A program made the translations under genes and the position numbers. This document shows, in pieces, positions 27,063 to 40,356 of a DNA stretch of 64,000 bases. How positions within the stretch are numbered: position 1 is the stretch's first letter; every line of letters begins with the position of its first letter. The stretch comes from Octopus vulgaris (Eukaryota), in the NCBI GenBank assembly GCA_951406725.2, contig OX597814.1:7192001-7256000 (forward strand), given 5' to 3'. The notes beneath the pieces are model-generated. The model ran no database searches. It worked only from the letters and a program-made list of their open reading frames with translations, and was not told the DNA's origin.

Positions 27063-27875
27063 TATCTGATGGCTACCAATCCTCTCATTTGTTGCTATGG
27101 TTACGTGTGAAGCATTTGCACTGAGGTTTACTGTTTAAATTCCGTGCAAGGTTACAAATATGAAAAGAGGATAATGGCAACAACATCTATGTTTTTCCTC
27201 ATGTTTTGTAGTTATTTGAGATTTGTTCAAGGGAGATTTTGATGTTTTATGTTATTTATATGAAGAGGATGTGTTGATTTCTCTTTGCTTTAATGTTTGA
27301 TGTGTAACCTTTTAGTTCCCTTATATTCAACAGCTTTACCATCCAGGTGGCATTCTAACCCTAACCATCTACTATTGTGCCAAATTACATCAAAAAATGA
27401 ATTATTCAATATATTCTTACATTTTTAGGATGGGGAATTTTAAGAAAAATTTGATTGCTATTTCTAGCAGTGGAGGTGACTGTGAGAGGCTTTCCTGTTG
27501 ATTCTTTCCTTCAATGAAAAACACATTCAAAGGTCATTATTTACAACATGCTAACTCCTTTACAAACATGAATATGCATGTTTTGAAAGGAAAGAAGTTA
27601 CTATGTTTATTTTTTAAAAATAGCCTTGAAATGTGTTTTTCGTAAGTCCAATATAACTTACACCTTTGCCATTGCTTGCTTTCTCTATTGTGTTATAAAC
27701 AAAAGTCTTTCATAAACTTTTAGCTTTGAGTGGAGAGCGGTTTAGCATTTTTACAGTCAAATAATATTAAATCTGCTAACATTATCTTCACTGCCCACTT
27801 TATGTTGTACTGGCTAAGCAAAGCTTAGATGTACGTGTGGGTATGTGTGGGCGTGTGGCAATGTAGGTAAGTTAC

Positions 27876-28086
27876 ATCATCATCATCATCATCATCATCA
27901 TCGCTTAACGTCCATTTTCTGTGCTAGCATGGGTTGGACGGTTCGACCGGGGTCTGGGAAGCCAGGAGGCTGCACCAGGCTCCAGTCTGATCTGGCAGTG
28001 TTTCTACAGCTCGATGCCCTTCTTAATGCCAACCACTCTGATAGTGTAATGGGTGCTTTTTACGTGCCACCAGCACAGGTGCCATG
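27876..28086 (-). mobile_element. RTE family A 3'-end fragment
   Basis: (CAT)n and conserved 3' end. Confidence 0.9.
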
Positions 28087-28129
28087 TAAAGAAATGTAAA
28101 GAAATCCATTCCATGGTTCAATACAGTAT

Positions 28130-28492
28130 TTGTTTCAATCATTAGAATGTGGCCATGCTGGGGCATCACCTTGAAGAATTTTAGTCGAATGAATCAATGC
28201 CAGGATTTATATTTTTTAAGTCTGGAACTTATTCTATTGGTTTCTATTGCCAAATTGTGAAGATATGGGGACATAAACACACCAACACCGGTTATTAAGC
28301 AATGGTGGGGGGACAAACATACATACACACACACACACATATGACGGGCTCCTTTCAGTTTCTGTCTACCAAACCCACTCGCAAGGCTTTGGTCAGTCCA
28401 AGGCTCTAATAGAAGACGCCTAAGACGCCATGCAGAGGGACTGAACCCAGAACCATGTAGTTGGGAAGCAAGCTTCTTAACACACAACCATG
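28130..28492 (-). mobile_element. SINE family S1 copy
   Basis: Reverse complement homologous to 2237-2630. Confidence 0.8.
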
Positions 28493-29109
28493 TCTTTATA
28501 TACTCGCCTTAAACACACACACACACACACACACACACATGCACGATGAAATGTAAACATTTTGCCACAAGAGTAAACGTCTGTTTTTTTCTGTCCGTAT
28601 TTATAGCATGGGAATGTATCTTTATCATCAGAGAATCAATTAAGGTTTATGTGATTACTTCATTTTTCATGAAAATCCACTCTATTAATCAGGACATTGA
28701 AATAATTTGTTTTGTCATATAATCTCTAATGTTTCTTCACTCTTATCATCTTTCATCCTCACTCTCCTTCTCTCTCTTTCACATTTACACAATCATTTCC
28801 TCTTCTTCGTGGCTCCACACAATTCTTCATGTTTTGTTTTTATAATTTTTGTTTTTAATTTTCTAATTTCAGATTAATTGTTTTTGCTTTATTTCTTTTG
28901 AACACCAGAAAACGAAAGGAAAATTCTGCCATCTCTACAAATAGATCTCATAGCCTTTTACTTGATTCTCTTTTCATTACTACTGTTTCCTTTCTTTTCT
29001 TCTGCCTCACTTTTTCTTCTTTTTCTTCTCAGGAAAGATGTATATTTTAAGATAATATAGTTTTCCGTTGTGTTCTCCCTCTGTCTATCTCCACATCACA
29101 CTCATACAT

Positions 29110-29121
29110 GCAAACACACAC

Positions 29122-29179
<58 letters not shown>

Positions 29180-29208
29180 ACTTACACACACACACACTTA
29201 CACACACA

Positions 29209-29249
<41 letters not shown>

Positions 29250-29255
29250 CACACA

Positions 29256-29336
<81 letters not shown>

Positions 29337-29382
29337 ACACACACTTACACACACACACACACACTTACACACACACACACAC

Positions 29383-29431
<49 letters not shown>
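29110..29431. repeat. Imperfect (CA)n microsatellite
   Basis: Direct reading. Confidence 0.95.
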
Positions 29432-29432
<1 letters not shown>

Positions 29433-30059
29433 CTAGTCATCTAGTATTATACAGTACAGTTTTTCAATTGCTGTTACAAATAGTTGCTTGTCCTTGGGAC
29501 AAAGGTCACAACACTGCCTTTAATTATCTCATCAAATGATGTTTGCAAATATAAAGCATGTGCTTTCATAAGGATGCACAAATGTTAAATAGCTAATATT
29601 AGTTATTTCCCCTTTGTACTACAATGGACCTGAAGAGTTGCTGTAGGAAATATACCAATAAATAGAAGTTATTATTCTAAGTGAAAGAAAATGGGGAAAA
29701 TAAATACAATGGAAGCAAGAAAAAGATAAGACATGAAAAAAAAGGGTTAAAAATAAAGTGTTTTCATATATTTATATATGTATGTGTGAATGCATGATGT
29801 ATGTGTGTGAGTAAGAAAATAAGTATGTATGTATGTATATATGTATGTATGTAAGTAAAATAAGTATGTATGTAGGTATGTATGCATTCATGTATGTGTC
29901 TCTTCCATTTTTTAATTGTTATAAATCTTCCAATGAGGAGGGAGCCAGTTTCCAACAAAGATACAAGGCTCCATCTTTGGGATGTAGTTAACACAGACAA
30001 ATTCACATTTAGAACTTGAGAAAAGTCTTGCATATTTTTACTGTTCCACTCACAGTTTG

Positions 30060-31262
30060 GACTTGTAATATACGAATTAGCCGGTTAATTTCTCTTTCTG
30101 AAAATCCTAGCTTATCCAAATTCTCCTTTAAGCATTTACTAACAAAGCATTGTGTTCCAATTATTATTGGTATGAATAGGAATTCGTAGTCTGGATATAG
30201 AAACTGGAGGTTTCAATGCAGTTGTCCATAGATATTCTCATTTTCTTCGATATTCAAAGAGATATTTAAATCTGCAGGGCAGCTAACTTCTATGAGGGTA
30301 CACACCTTTGCCCCTCTGTCCCTAACAACAATATCTAGCCTGTTATCCTTACATTTGACAGAAGTTTTGATGGGAATATTCCACCAGTGTTCCTTGAGTT
30401 GGTGTTTATGAATGTATTCCATAACAGAGGGGTTTTCTAAGTTTATTTCAGGGTCAGTCTTTTTTGCGGATGGCATTATAAATTGTTTTAGCAACAACAT
30501 CGTGTGGCGTAGGGAGATGGTATTGTGATGGCATTTTAGGACAGCTGCTAATCACATGTGCAATGTCTTCCACAGTAGCATGACAGAGCCTACACATGTG
30601 GTTGCACCTTGAGATTACAAGAGCATCACTGTCTCCCTTGTTCACCAGGTACTTTGTGACAATCTCTTGTTCTCGGATTGCAAATTCATAGCCTTCAAAG
30701 TATAATGTGATGTAGTGGTCTTGTGTCCAAGAGAGGCTGTGCTTCGTGTTAATTCTACGGTCTTCTTCAAGCTTCCAGGCAAATTCTCATGCATGGTCTT
30801 TTTTTTTTTTATGTATGTTGAGTGGGTTCTATTCAACTCTTCTCTGAGGTAAGAGAGCCCAGCTGTTTTGGGGCTGTATAGGGGATCATCAGGAAGGGAA
30901 TGTTTCTTGAGGAGTTCACTGCCAACTCGTACAATGTTGCTCACTTCACTTTTCAGGACTGCATTAATATATTTATTTTTGCTGCTGTTGTTTAGCAGGT
31001 TCTGCCTGAGTGATACCACAGGGCATTCAAAGGCCATCTGCACTGATCTCGGGCCTCTGCCACCTTCATTTCTCCTTAGGTAGAGCCTGTCAACATCACT
31101 GTTTCTGTGGATGTTCCCAGTTGTTGTCAGGATTTTGAGGGTTTTGATATCTATGGAGTGGATTTCCTCTACAGACCAATCAAGTATTCCAAATGCTGGG
31201 ATCAGCACTGGTACTGCAAATGCATTGTGGGATATTGTTTTGTTGTGAGAGGAGAGTTCTGA
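30060..31262 (-). mobile_element. R4/Dong-like non-LTR retrotransposon 3' part with CCHC finger and restriction-like endonuclease, disrupted
   Basis: HRNSDVDRLYLRRNEGGRG; CRLCHATVEDIAHVISSC; HDVVA; NRLDIV...LIEVSCP; IPIIIG. Confidence 0.85.
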
Positions 31263-31369
31263 CTGCTGTTTTTCCCTAAGGTCCTACCCCAGGCCTTGAT
31301 TGGAATAAAACTTCAGTCTTTTCGATGCTGATAGTCAAACCAAATGCAGGAGCTGCTGCAACAAATCAG

Positions 31370-32995
31370 TCAAACATTTCCTGAATTCTTTCAAATGTGT
31401 GAAAAATCAAAGCAGAATCATTGACAAACAAAAACGTCATGCAGGGTTTTTTCTTTGGTCTTTTTCTTTCATCTGAAACTTTGCCCTTTCAGCTTTAATA
31501 GATCCCCTTCTGTGCAAAACTGAAATTTTATACCTTCATGGTAATCCCTAAAAGCGTGTTGGAGCATCATTGAAAAGAATATGAGAAAAGTACAGGGGCT
31601 AAAGCACATCCCTGTTTGGTTCCAGTGACAACAGAAAATGCCTCTCGACATTGACTTCTAGATATCACAGCTGCCATCATTCCTTTATGCAAGGATACTA
31701 TTCATCATCATCATCATCATCATCATTGTTCAACGTCCACTTTCCATGCTAGCATGGGTTGTATGATTTGACTGAGGTCTAGTGAACCAGATGGCTGCAC
31801 CAGACTCCAATCTGATCTGGCAGAGTTTCTACAGCTGGATGCCCTTCCTAATGCCAACCACTCCGAGAGTGTAGTGGGTGCTTTTAAAGTGCCACCGGCA
31901 CGAGGGCCAGTCTGGCAGTACTGGCAACGGCCACACTCAAAAATGGTGTTTTTTACGTGCCACCTGCACAGGAGTCAGTCCAGCAGCACTGGCAACGACC
32001 TCACTCAAATGTTTTGTTCACATGCCCTTATCATTTAAAAGGAAGTCCGGTTTTCCACAAAATTTTCCAGAGTGCCCCACAATTCACTGTATCAAAGGCC
32101 TTGATCAAATTGACAATGACTATGTACAAGTCAGTATTTTGTTCCTGTGCTTTCTCTCGAACTTTTCAGAGGGCAAATATCATGTCAACTTTGCCTCTCT
32201 CAGCCCAAAATCCACATTGGCATTCAGGATATATACTGTTTATCACATGCTTATTGTTGCAGTTAAGGACCACCCTTGCAAGGATTTTTCCAGCCATGCA
32301 CAACTTATTCTCCTGTGATTATCACATACACTCTTCTTCCCCTTGTTTTTGTACAAGTGCATTATAGATGCATCTTTGAATTGTTGAGGAACAGATCCAG
32401 TCTCCCAGATCGAGCATATCAATTCGTGCAGCTTACTGACATGTTGTCTGCTGTCATGCTTGTACACTTCGATGGGAATACCATCTTGTCCAGGAGATTT
32501 ACAACTGGAAAATTTTTTTTTTTTTGATAGCAGCAGTTATCTCTTGCCAGGAAGGAACTTCTGCTTGTTCTTCAATTATAGGGGACACTAGGGAATTTCA
32601 TTGATTACTTCGGGATCGGTAATGGATTCTTGATTTAATAAAGATTTAAAGTGTTCAGCCCGTCTTTTCAAAATTTCCTCTTTGCTACTTAAGAGTTTTG
32701 TTCTGTCATTAGAGAGAATAGGCTCTGTAGTACCCTTTCTTGAGCCAACTTCAGATTGTCATACAGTGCCCTCAAGTTGTGAGAGTTAACAGCCAGTTCT
32801 AATTCTTGGGCATTTTTTGCCCACCACACAATTTGTTCTGTGTAGTTTTCCTAGAGATTGATGGGGAACCGAGTGTGGGTGAGTTTATGTCTGAGATCCT
32901 TGTCTTGTCTCTCTTGTGCAATGTTTCTGGCAGAGGTTTAATTTGAGAATTGTTCTCGTTGAACCAGTCTTGGTGCTTGCATTCATGAGTCCTAC
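31370..32995 (-). mobile_element. Decayed BovB-like RTE LINE RT region, interrupted by a family A fragment
   Basis: IWETGSVPQQFKDASIMHLYKNKG.KSVCDNHR.IS; FVNLIKAFDTVN; SPCTFLIFFSMMLQHAF; KHQDWFNEN. Confidence 0.8.
31702..32027 (-). mobile_element. RTE family A 3'-end fragment nested in older RTE
   Basis: (CAT)n and UTR closely similar to 1230-1525. Confidence 0.9.
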
Positions 32996-33252
32996 ACACA
33001 CACACACACATTCTGTCTCCAGATTGATTTCATTACAGCCCATTCATATATCAACAGACTTTGATGTTCTCTTGATATAATTAACATTTCTATTTCTAGA
33101 AATATGTCTCTTCCCCGCCACCACCACCACCTTCCTCTCTAATAATATATGTTGATTGACACTTGCTAATTATCATTTCTTCTTTTCATTTGGTAATGTT
33201 AACTGCATCAAGAATGCCATCACCATCATCATCATCACCATCATCATCCTCC

Positions 33253-33291
<39 letters not shown>

Positions 33292-33788
33292 CTATCATCA
33301 TAGTCATCATTATCATCACCATCAGCAACAACAGCATGGTCACTGCATCACCATCCTCTTGATCAGGGTCATCATCATCATCATCACCATAGGCATCCAC
33401 ATAACCAGCATCACCTCCTCCGTTTCCACGGTGTTACCTTCAATAGCAGTCCCAGCCTACGCTTAACTCTTCCTGTGCATCTTCAACCAAATATGTATGT
33501 GTATAAGAGAGAGAAAGAGAGAGAGTGTGTGTGTGTGCACGCAAACATGTGTATGCAAGTATGTGTATGTATATGTGCGTGTGCATGTGCATGTGTGTGT
33601 GTGCATGTGTGCGTGTGTGTGTGTGTCTGTGCTTGTGATTGGGAAATTCACTATTTGTCATATATTGATATCTGTAGAATTGTTTCGAAGTTTAACTTTG
33701 ATCTGTAATGCTGACACATTGCACATAACAGCCATGAAAGTAGCATGCTATATAACTATGTATCATGTGTGTGTGTGAGTGTGTGTGT

Positions 33789-33819
<31 letters not shown>

Positions 33820-33822
<3 letters not shown>

Positions 33823-34180
33823 ATTATTTGAGGGAATATTATTCCTAACTTACAAGGAAAAATTCAATTTAGAAATAGTAAATCAAATTTCACAAAATAT
33901 AATATATATATATAAAAATTAGAAAAAATCCACCTTTTATCAATTCAAAATGAACAATTAAATTACACCATCTAGAAAATTACATATAATAGAAATGTTA
34001 AATATAAAATAACAATAATATACCAATGATTAAGTAAATTACAAAATAATAATAAAAACGTATATATTTGGTGGAATAATGACACATGTTTTGTGGCTAT
34101 ATTTAAGAAATGATTATAATAAAAAAATTAATAGTAGTAGTAAAATCACTTCGATATAAATATAGCTACTCATCAAGCAT
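33820..34180 (-). mobile_element. AT-rich, TA-flanked repeat (probable Penelope-like terminal repeat) carrying a decayed hammerhead
   Basis: GGGAATATTATTCC(T/A)AACTTAC block also at 42938 and 49614; hammerhead-like core at 34081-34176. Confidence 0.6.
34081..34176 (-). ncRNA. Decayed type I hammerhead ribozyme
   Basis: TTGATGA-GTAGCTATATTTA...TAAATATAGCCAC-AAAAC-ATGT-GTC; two core substitutions, long stem II retained. Confidence 0.5.
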
Positions 34181-34216
<36 letters not shown>

Positions 34217-34261
34217 ATGCTTGTAGAGACTATATATACATAACAAAAGAGAAAAGTAAAC

Positions 34262-34562
34262 ATTTTTTGGTATTGTTTATTCCCAATTACACATGTTTCA
34301 GTTGCTAATAGGATTTACAAAGTTTTACAAATTAGATACACATGGAAGGGATTTCAGAGAAAGGAATTTTTCAGACTCAAAAAAATTATGTAATACAGTA
34401 TTTGATACAGTATAATTTAATTAAAGAATAAGTATTATTTAATTTTTGTGTCTGAAAAATTTCTAATAGGAAATTCCTTACATGTCTATGTAACTTGTAA
34501 AACTTTGTAAATCCTATTAGCAAATGAAACGTGTGTAATGGTAAATAAACAATTACAAAAAA
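34262..34562. repeat. ~300-bp foldback (about 130-bp inverted arms), each arm with a decayed hammerhead-like core
   Basis: ATTACACATGTTTCAGTTGCTAATAGGATTTACAAAGTTTTACAA versus TTGTAAAACTTTGTAAATCCTATTAGCAAATGAAACGTGTGTAAT. Confidence 0.85.
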
Positions 34563-36222
34563 TTTCTAATTTCCTGTTTTGTGAAACAATAACTCTGCAG
34601 AGAATATTTTTATAATTCTCAACTTTAAGATCTATTTTGAACTAACACACAGCAGCAACTGAGACTACATATAGGATTGTAATAACGGAATAAGCAAATG
34701 TGTTTCATGAGGAAACAGCAGGGATTTACCCTAACTACCTACACACACACATACACATGCGCACACATACACATACACACACACACATGTACACACAAAC
34801 ACACACATACTCACACACATACATATACTCACATATATATATATATGCAAATACATGAAAAATACTTTATTTTCCATTTCCCATCATATATATGTACGCA
34901 CACACATTATTATGTATTATATTAAAATAAACATGATTCTTTACATGTGGCCATATGTTTCATTCTACATGAGTTTTACAAATGTGTGATGTATTCGGTT
35001 CAGTTGATGAAACTGATGAGGCAGAGTCAGTGCCTGGATTTTCTAAATAAAGATAAAGAAAATAATGCAGAGAGAAAAACAACTTGTGAGAGGTATACAG
35101 AAACAGTACCTGGATAGTAATGTTTATATGCCACAGAATGTGTTTCTCTTGTATTAGCCCTAGGTAAACATCTTTTCCAGCTGGCTATCAACACACAGTT
35201 TGTGTCCGTATAGCATTTACACTCCTATCTCTGGCCTTATGTGATACTCACAGACCTAGGTTCCTGGATGTTATCCGTCCTCAGTGTGAGACAGCCACAA
35301 GCTAGTGACAAAAGCAATTTTATATTGAATTGAAATGAATAGGAGAAAAAGTACCAGTGGTATAAGTACCATGGCAAGAAAAATAAGGCTGAGCCTCAAT
35401 GATTTGGTTATAGAAAAAAAATTCCTTAAATAAAGTAAAAAACGAAGAGGAAAAGAAAGTAAGGTTGAAGGAAAGGTGAAGTGAATTTAAATCTTGGTAG
35501 AAATGTGGCAGACCACCAACAAAATTTTTTTAGTGATAAAGAATGTTGGAGGAAAAGCTTAATGAAATTAAAAATGACATAAATTGTGAATTGCTATTAT
35601 AATTCATGGTTTAAAATAAATTAAGATAGGTTAATATATGAAATCCATATTTACAAAAAATAGCAGGCAGCAAGAAAAAATATATAATAAATGATGTTTT
35701 AAATTAAAGATCAGTGTTATTAAGTTGAAAGATGTGTTTCTGGTGCACCAAGTTAACAGCCTGGGAGGTGTGAGGTGGGGGAGTGGCAAATAAAGAAGAA
35801 AATGAAAATGCAGTGTGAAGGGTATGATGTATGAAGATGAAGATGGAGGGGGTGATGGAGGGGATGAAGTAGTTCTCTAATTTCTTTTCATCCTCTTAGG
35901 TAGCACCCTTCTCTTACCTACCCCATGCATGATCTGACTTACCAGCATTTTGACCAAAGATGTTCCATTTGTCTTCATTCGTTTTTGTCTTCACTGTTTC
36001 AATGTCCACTTTACAGGGCTTTTGTGGATCAGATGAAATTTATTGAGGCAGATTGTCTATAATTGGATGCTCCTCCTGTTGGCAACCCTCCCCTCTTTTG
36101 AAGCAAGAAAATATTTCCACTCAACCTGCAAGCGCAAACAACACAGCAGCCAGACATGTTTTCCTGGAAGATTGCAAACAAAGAACACTGAATGTATGAC
36201 TGAGATGTCAAGACAAAGGCAC

Positions 36223-36265
<43 letters not shown>

Positions 36266-37810
36266 ACTAATGTTACAATATAACTTAAGTGTTGTTACTA
36301 TGAAATATATTTAACTATTGTTTTTAACGCAGATGGTATCTCTGAGTCATTTATTTTCAAAACGATTCCATTTTCCAACACCAACCAATTTACAATTTTG
36401 TACATTTGTTTAATGAATCATTCATCACTACTTTGACAATTAGGGTGATGGCTTAGCTGATAAGGTCATAATAAAACTGAAATAGGTTCAGCAGTGTTTC
36501 CTTTTGTACTTACCAAAATAATTAGCAATTAATTTTCTCCTAAGCTCATAATTATTTCTGTTTGTCATTGTCCTCTCATGCTCTTGTGACCCACCAACAT
36601 TTCTGAATCCTCTGTTCATAATCTCTTCTGCTAACCAACCTGTACCTTGGGAGTGTGCTCTGGTACATTATCACCAACATCTCTGTCCTCCTTCCTCTTT
36701 TATATAATGCTGGGTATCCGTCCATCACACTTTAGCCTCTCAACATTGGCCATAAAGCCGTCACTACTACAATCCCACTAAATCAAGGTGTTTCTCTTCA
36801 TCATACAAGTTGCTTGCTAACCTCTGCAGTGCTGCAACCACAAAAGAAGCGGTCGGCACAGCCTGCTGTAAAGGGATTGATGTTAGGAAGGATATCTGAC
36901 CATAGAGACCGTACCAAAGCAGACATTGGAATTCAGTGCAGTCTTTTGGTTTGCCAGATCCTGTCAAACCATCCAGCCCATGCCAACATTAAAGGATGTT
37001 GAAGATTAGGATGACTAATATAATAATTATTCATTATAATATTCTCTTATTTCTGTTGCCACACACTTCCAGCCAAAACATTGTACATTAGACACCACAA
37101 ACAAAATTCTGCTATCATTTTTTTATCCTCAGGTCTACCCCACCTCATAGCTTTTACTGCAAAAGTGATTTTCTCTTACTTTTTCGAATCAATATGTATT
37201 TTTTTAAATATAATTATGTCTATTGTTTTATTTTTTACTCAAAAACAATTCCTATTATAATTTTTTTTAAATACTTTCAGAATATGCAAATATTTGACAC
37301 AAACTGTCTTCATTTATTCTTTCCTTTTCTTATATGGTTTCCTTGCTTTTTTTTACCTAACCACTATCAAAATTATTCTTTCATTTTTTTTCTTCATTTT
37401 CTTTGAAATTTCCTTCAATTTACAATAATATTACAAGCTTTAAATATTATTATTTACTCAATTAATTTCTATTCTTTAGATTTAATTTTGCTGTTCAGTT
37501 TCTTTTTTGTACAGAATCATTAACCTAATTATATTGGATAGTACTTTCATTACTAATTAATTCTATGAAATCCAATTGTTTCTCCTCACTAACAGATATT
37601 TGCGTATCTTTTGCATACAGCTTTTAGGAACACAAACATACTTTATTTCTTTAAGGTGTCTTTCATTGTTGCTGTAGTTGTTATTGCTGTGGAAGTTATG
37701 GTAGTTTTTATATATCCTCCAAGCAGACCCCACTCCAAGCATGTGTGTGTGTGTTAAATAAAATGAGACAACAAAGCCAAGGTTGTGTGGAATTTATAAA
37801 GAGAAAGGTA

Positions 37811-37849
37811 GTCTTACAGCTATTTCTGGGATATCCCTTCATCAGAGAC
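37811..37849 (-). ncRNA. Minimal type I hammerhead ribozyme
   Basis: GTCT-CTGATGA-A-GGG-ATAT-CCC-A-GAAA-T-AGCT-G-TA-AGAC; stem I GTCT/AGAC, stem II GGG/CCC, palindromic loop III. Confidence 0.65.
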
Positions 37850-38524
37850 GATATGAGAGAGTTAACTAGAGGGAAATAGTAGAGTTCAGTATAAGGAGTT
37901 ACTCTGGAAAAGGCTGGATATAGGAAGTATAAAGGGAAATAAGAGAATAAAAATATATGTAGGATATTGCAGTTCCATTATCCAAGGAAAGTGCTGTGTA
38001 GAATGGATAGAAATGCATCTTGTCCATGATATGTAGATTCCAATAGGGACATCTTCTCTGTTGCAAAACATTCAGGCCAGATGTCCTGAGATCCCTCTTT
38101 CCCTCTCCTCATTCTACCTGTCTCAGAACCCCTATAAAGACTCGTGGACACTATTTTTCTCTCTGGAATAAAAACATAACAAAATTACAACTTAGCCACA
38201 ATTTCAATTCCACTGCATGACATAAGGTTGACCAATATTTTATGAGAGGAATTTAGTCAAAGGAAACGGCACTAAAGCCTCTGTGTGTGTGCATAAATAT
38301 ATCTATATTATCATCATCATTATCTTTTAATGTTCAACTTCTATACTGACATGGATTGGATGATTTGACAGGATTCGTGTAAAAGGGCAAGGAAAAATGT
38401 TACTTTACTTGGAAACAAGCATTGATGAAAAGAAAGGCATCGTAATCGTAGGACATCTGCTTCAATGAATTTCATCTAACCCCCATAAGGATGCAAGAGT
38501 GGATGTTAAAACAGTGATATATTA

Positions 38525-38732
38525 TATAAGCTTAAATCTTATAGCAATCACCGTGCAAATGATTAAGGAAAACAGTCTAATAAAGGGGCATATAAGCCCG
38601 CGACAGCAAAAAAGTAGGCTTTCCCATGCATACAGGAATGTCTACTTTCTTCTATTGAGGGCTTATATGCCCCTTTATTAGACTATTTTCCTTAGTCATT
38701 GCATGGTGATTGCTATAAGCTTTAAGCTTATA
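38525..38732. mobile_element. MITE-like foldback element, ~75-bp inverted arms
   Basis: TATAAGCTTAAA...GGGGCATATAAGCCC / GGGCTTATATGCCCC...TTTAAGCTTATA. Confidence 0.8.
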
Positions 38733-39230
38733 AAAAAGATACCATTAGTATTATTTACACCATTCACACCAAAATATGTATATATACTTTATTTGTGCAT
38801 TAACATGGCAACCAGTGGTTTCATGTGGAAAGAACTCTCTCAACAATTATCAAATGTGCTATTTTTAGAGTGTTTTATTTTTCTGACAGTTGATCGATAT
38901 ATATATATATATATACACACACATATATATATACAGTTATATCGAACATTGAGAATCAACACCACATTGGTGGACAAATATTCTTTATTTGTGGGTTAAC
39001 AAGGCAACCAATGGTTTTATGTAGAAAGAACTCTCTCAACAATTATCAAGTCTGCCACATGGGAACATTCGTACTTGTCTCCATCTTTGATGAGAATATA
39101 CGAAACTACTTCAAACTGTATGGAATATGGGAATAAATGAATAAATATACAGATCATGGGAGGTCACTTGTAGAAAAATCATATCTCTCTTGCGGTGGTC
39201 CTAGTATCTTTGTAACAAACTGTGTTCACT

Positions 39231-40356
39231 ATCATCATCATCATCATCATCATCGTTTAACGTCCGTTCTCCATGCTAGCATGGGTTGGACGGTTCAACA
39301 GGGGATCTGGGAAGCCAGAAGGCTGCACCAGGCTCCAGTCTTATCTGGCGATGTTTCTACAGCTGGATGCCCTTCCTAACGCCAATCACTCCGAGAATAT
39401 AGTGGGTGCTTTTTACGTGCCACCTGCACAGGTGCCAGGCGAGGCTGGCAACGGCCACAGTCGGATTGGTGTATTTTATGTGCCACCAGCACGGAAGCCA
39501 GTCGAGGCGGTGCTGGCATCGGCCACGAGTCGGATAGTGCTTTTTACGTACCACCAGACCAGGGATCCTGGCTGGTTCAATTCGATTTCGATTTCGCTTG
39601 CCCCAACATGTCTTCGCAAGCAAAGGGGGTTGGCATGGGTGCCTGTCGTACGGTCGGATTGGTGTATTTTACGTGCCACTGGCACGGAAGCCAGTGGAGG
39701 CGGCGCTGGCATCGGCCATGAGTCGGATAGTGCTTTTTACGTACCACCAGACCAGGGATCCTGGCTGGTTCAATTCGATTTCGATTTCGCTTGCCCCAAC
39801 ATGTCTTCGCAAGCAAAGGGGGTTGGCATGGGTGCCTGTCGTACGGTCGGATTGGTGTATTTTACGTGCCACTGGCACGGAAGCCAGTCGAGGCGGTGCT
39901 GGCATCGGCCACGAGTCGGATAGTGCTTTTACGTACCACCAGACCAGGGATCCTGGCTGGTTCAATTCGATTTCGATTTCGCTTGCCCCAACATGTCTTC
40001 GCAAGCAAAGGGGTTGGCATGGGTGCCTGTCGTACGGTCGGATTGGTGTATTTTACGTGCCACCGGCACGGAAGCCAGTGGGGGCGGTGCTGGCATCGGC
40101 CACGAGTCGGATAGTGCTTTTACGTACCACCAGACCAGGGATCCTGGCTGGTTCAATTCGATTTCGATTTCGCTTGCCCCAACATGTCTTCGCAAGTAAA
40201 GGGGGTTGGCATGGGTGCCTGTCGTACGGTCGGATTGGTGTATTTTACGTGCCACTGGCATGGAAGCCAGTGGAGGCGGCGCTGGCATCGGCCACGAGTC
40301 GGATAGTGCTTTTTACGTACCACCAGACCAGGGATCCTGGCTGGTTCAATTCGATG
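39231..40356 (-). mobile_element. RTE family A 3' end with five tandem ~192-bp UTR units
   Basis: (CAT)n tail; CCAGACCAGGGATCCTGGCTGGTTCAATTCG recurs at ~39554, 39747, 39939, 40130, 40323. Confidence 0.92.
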
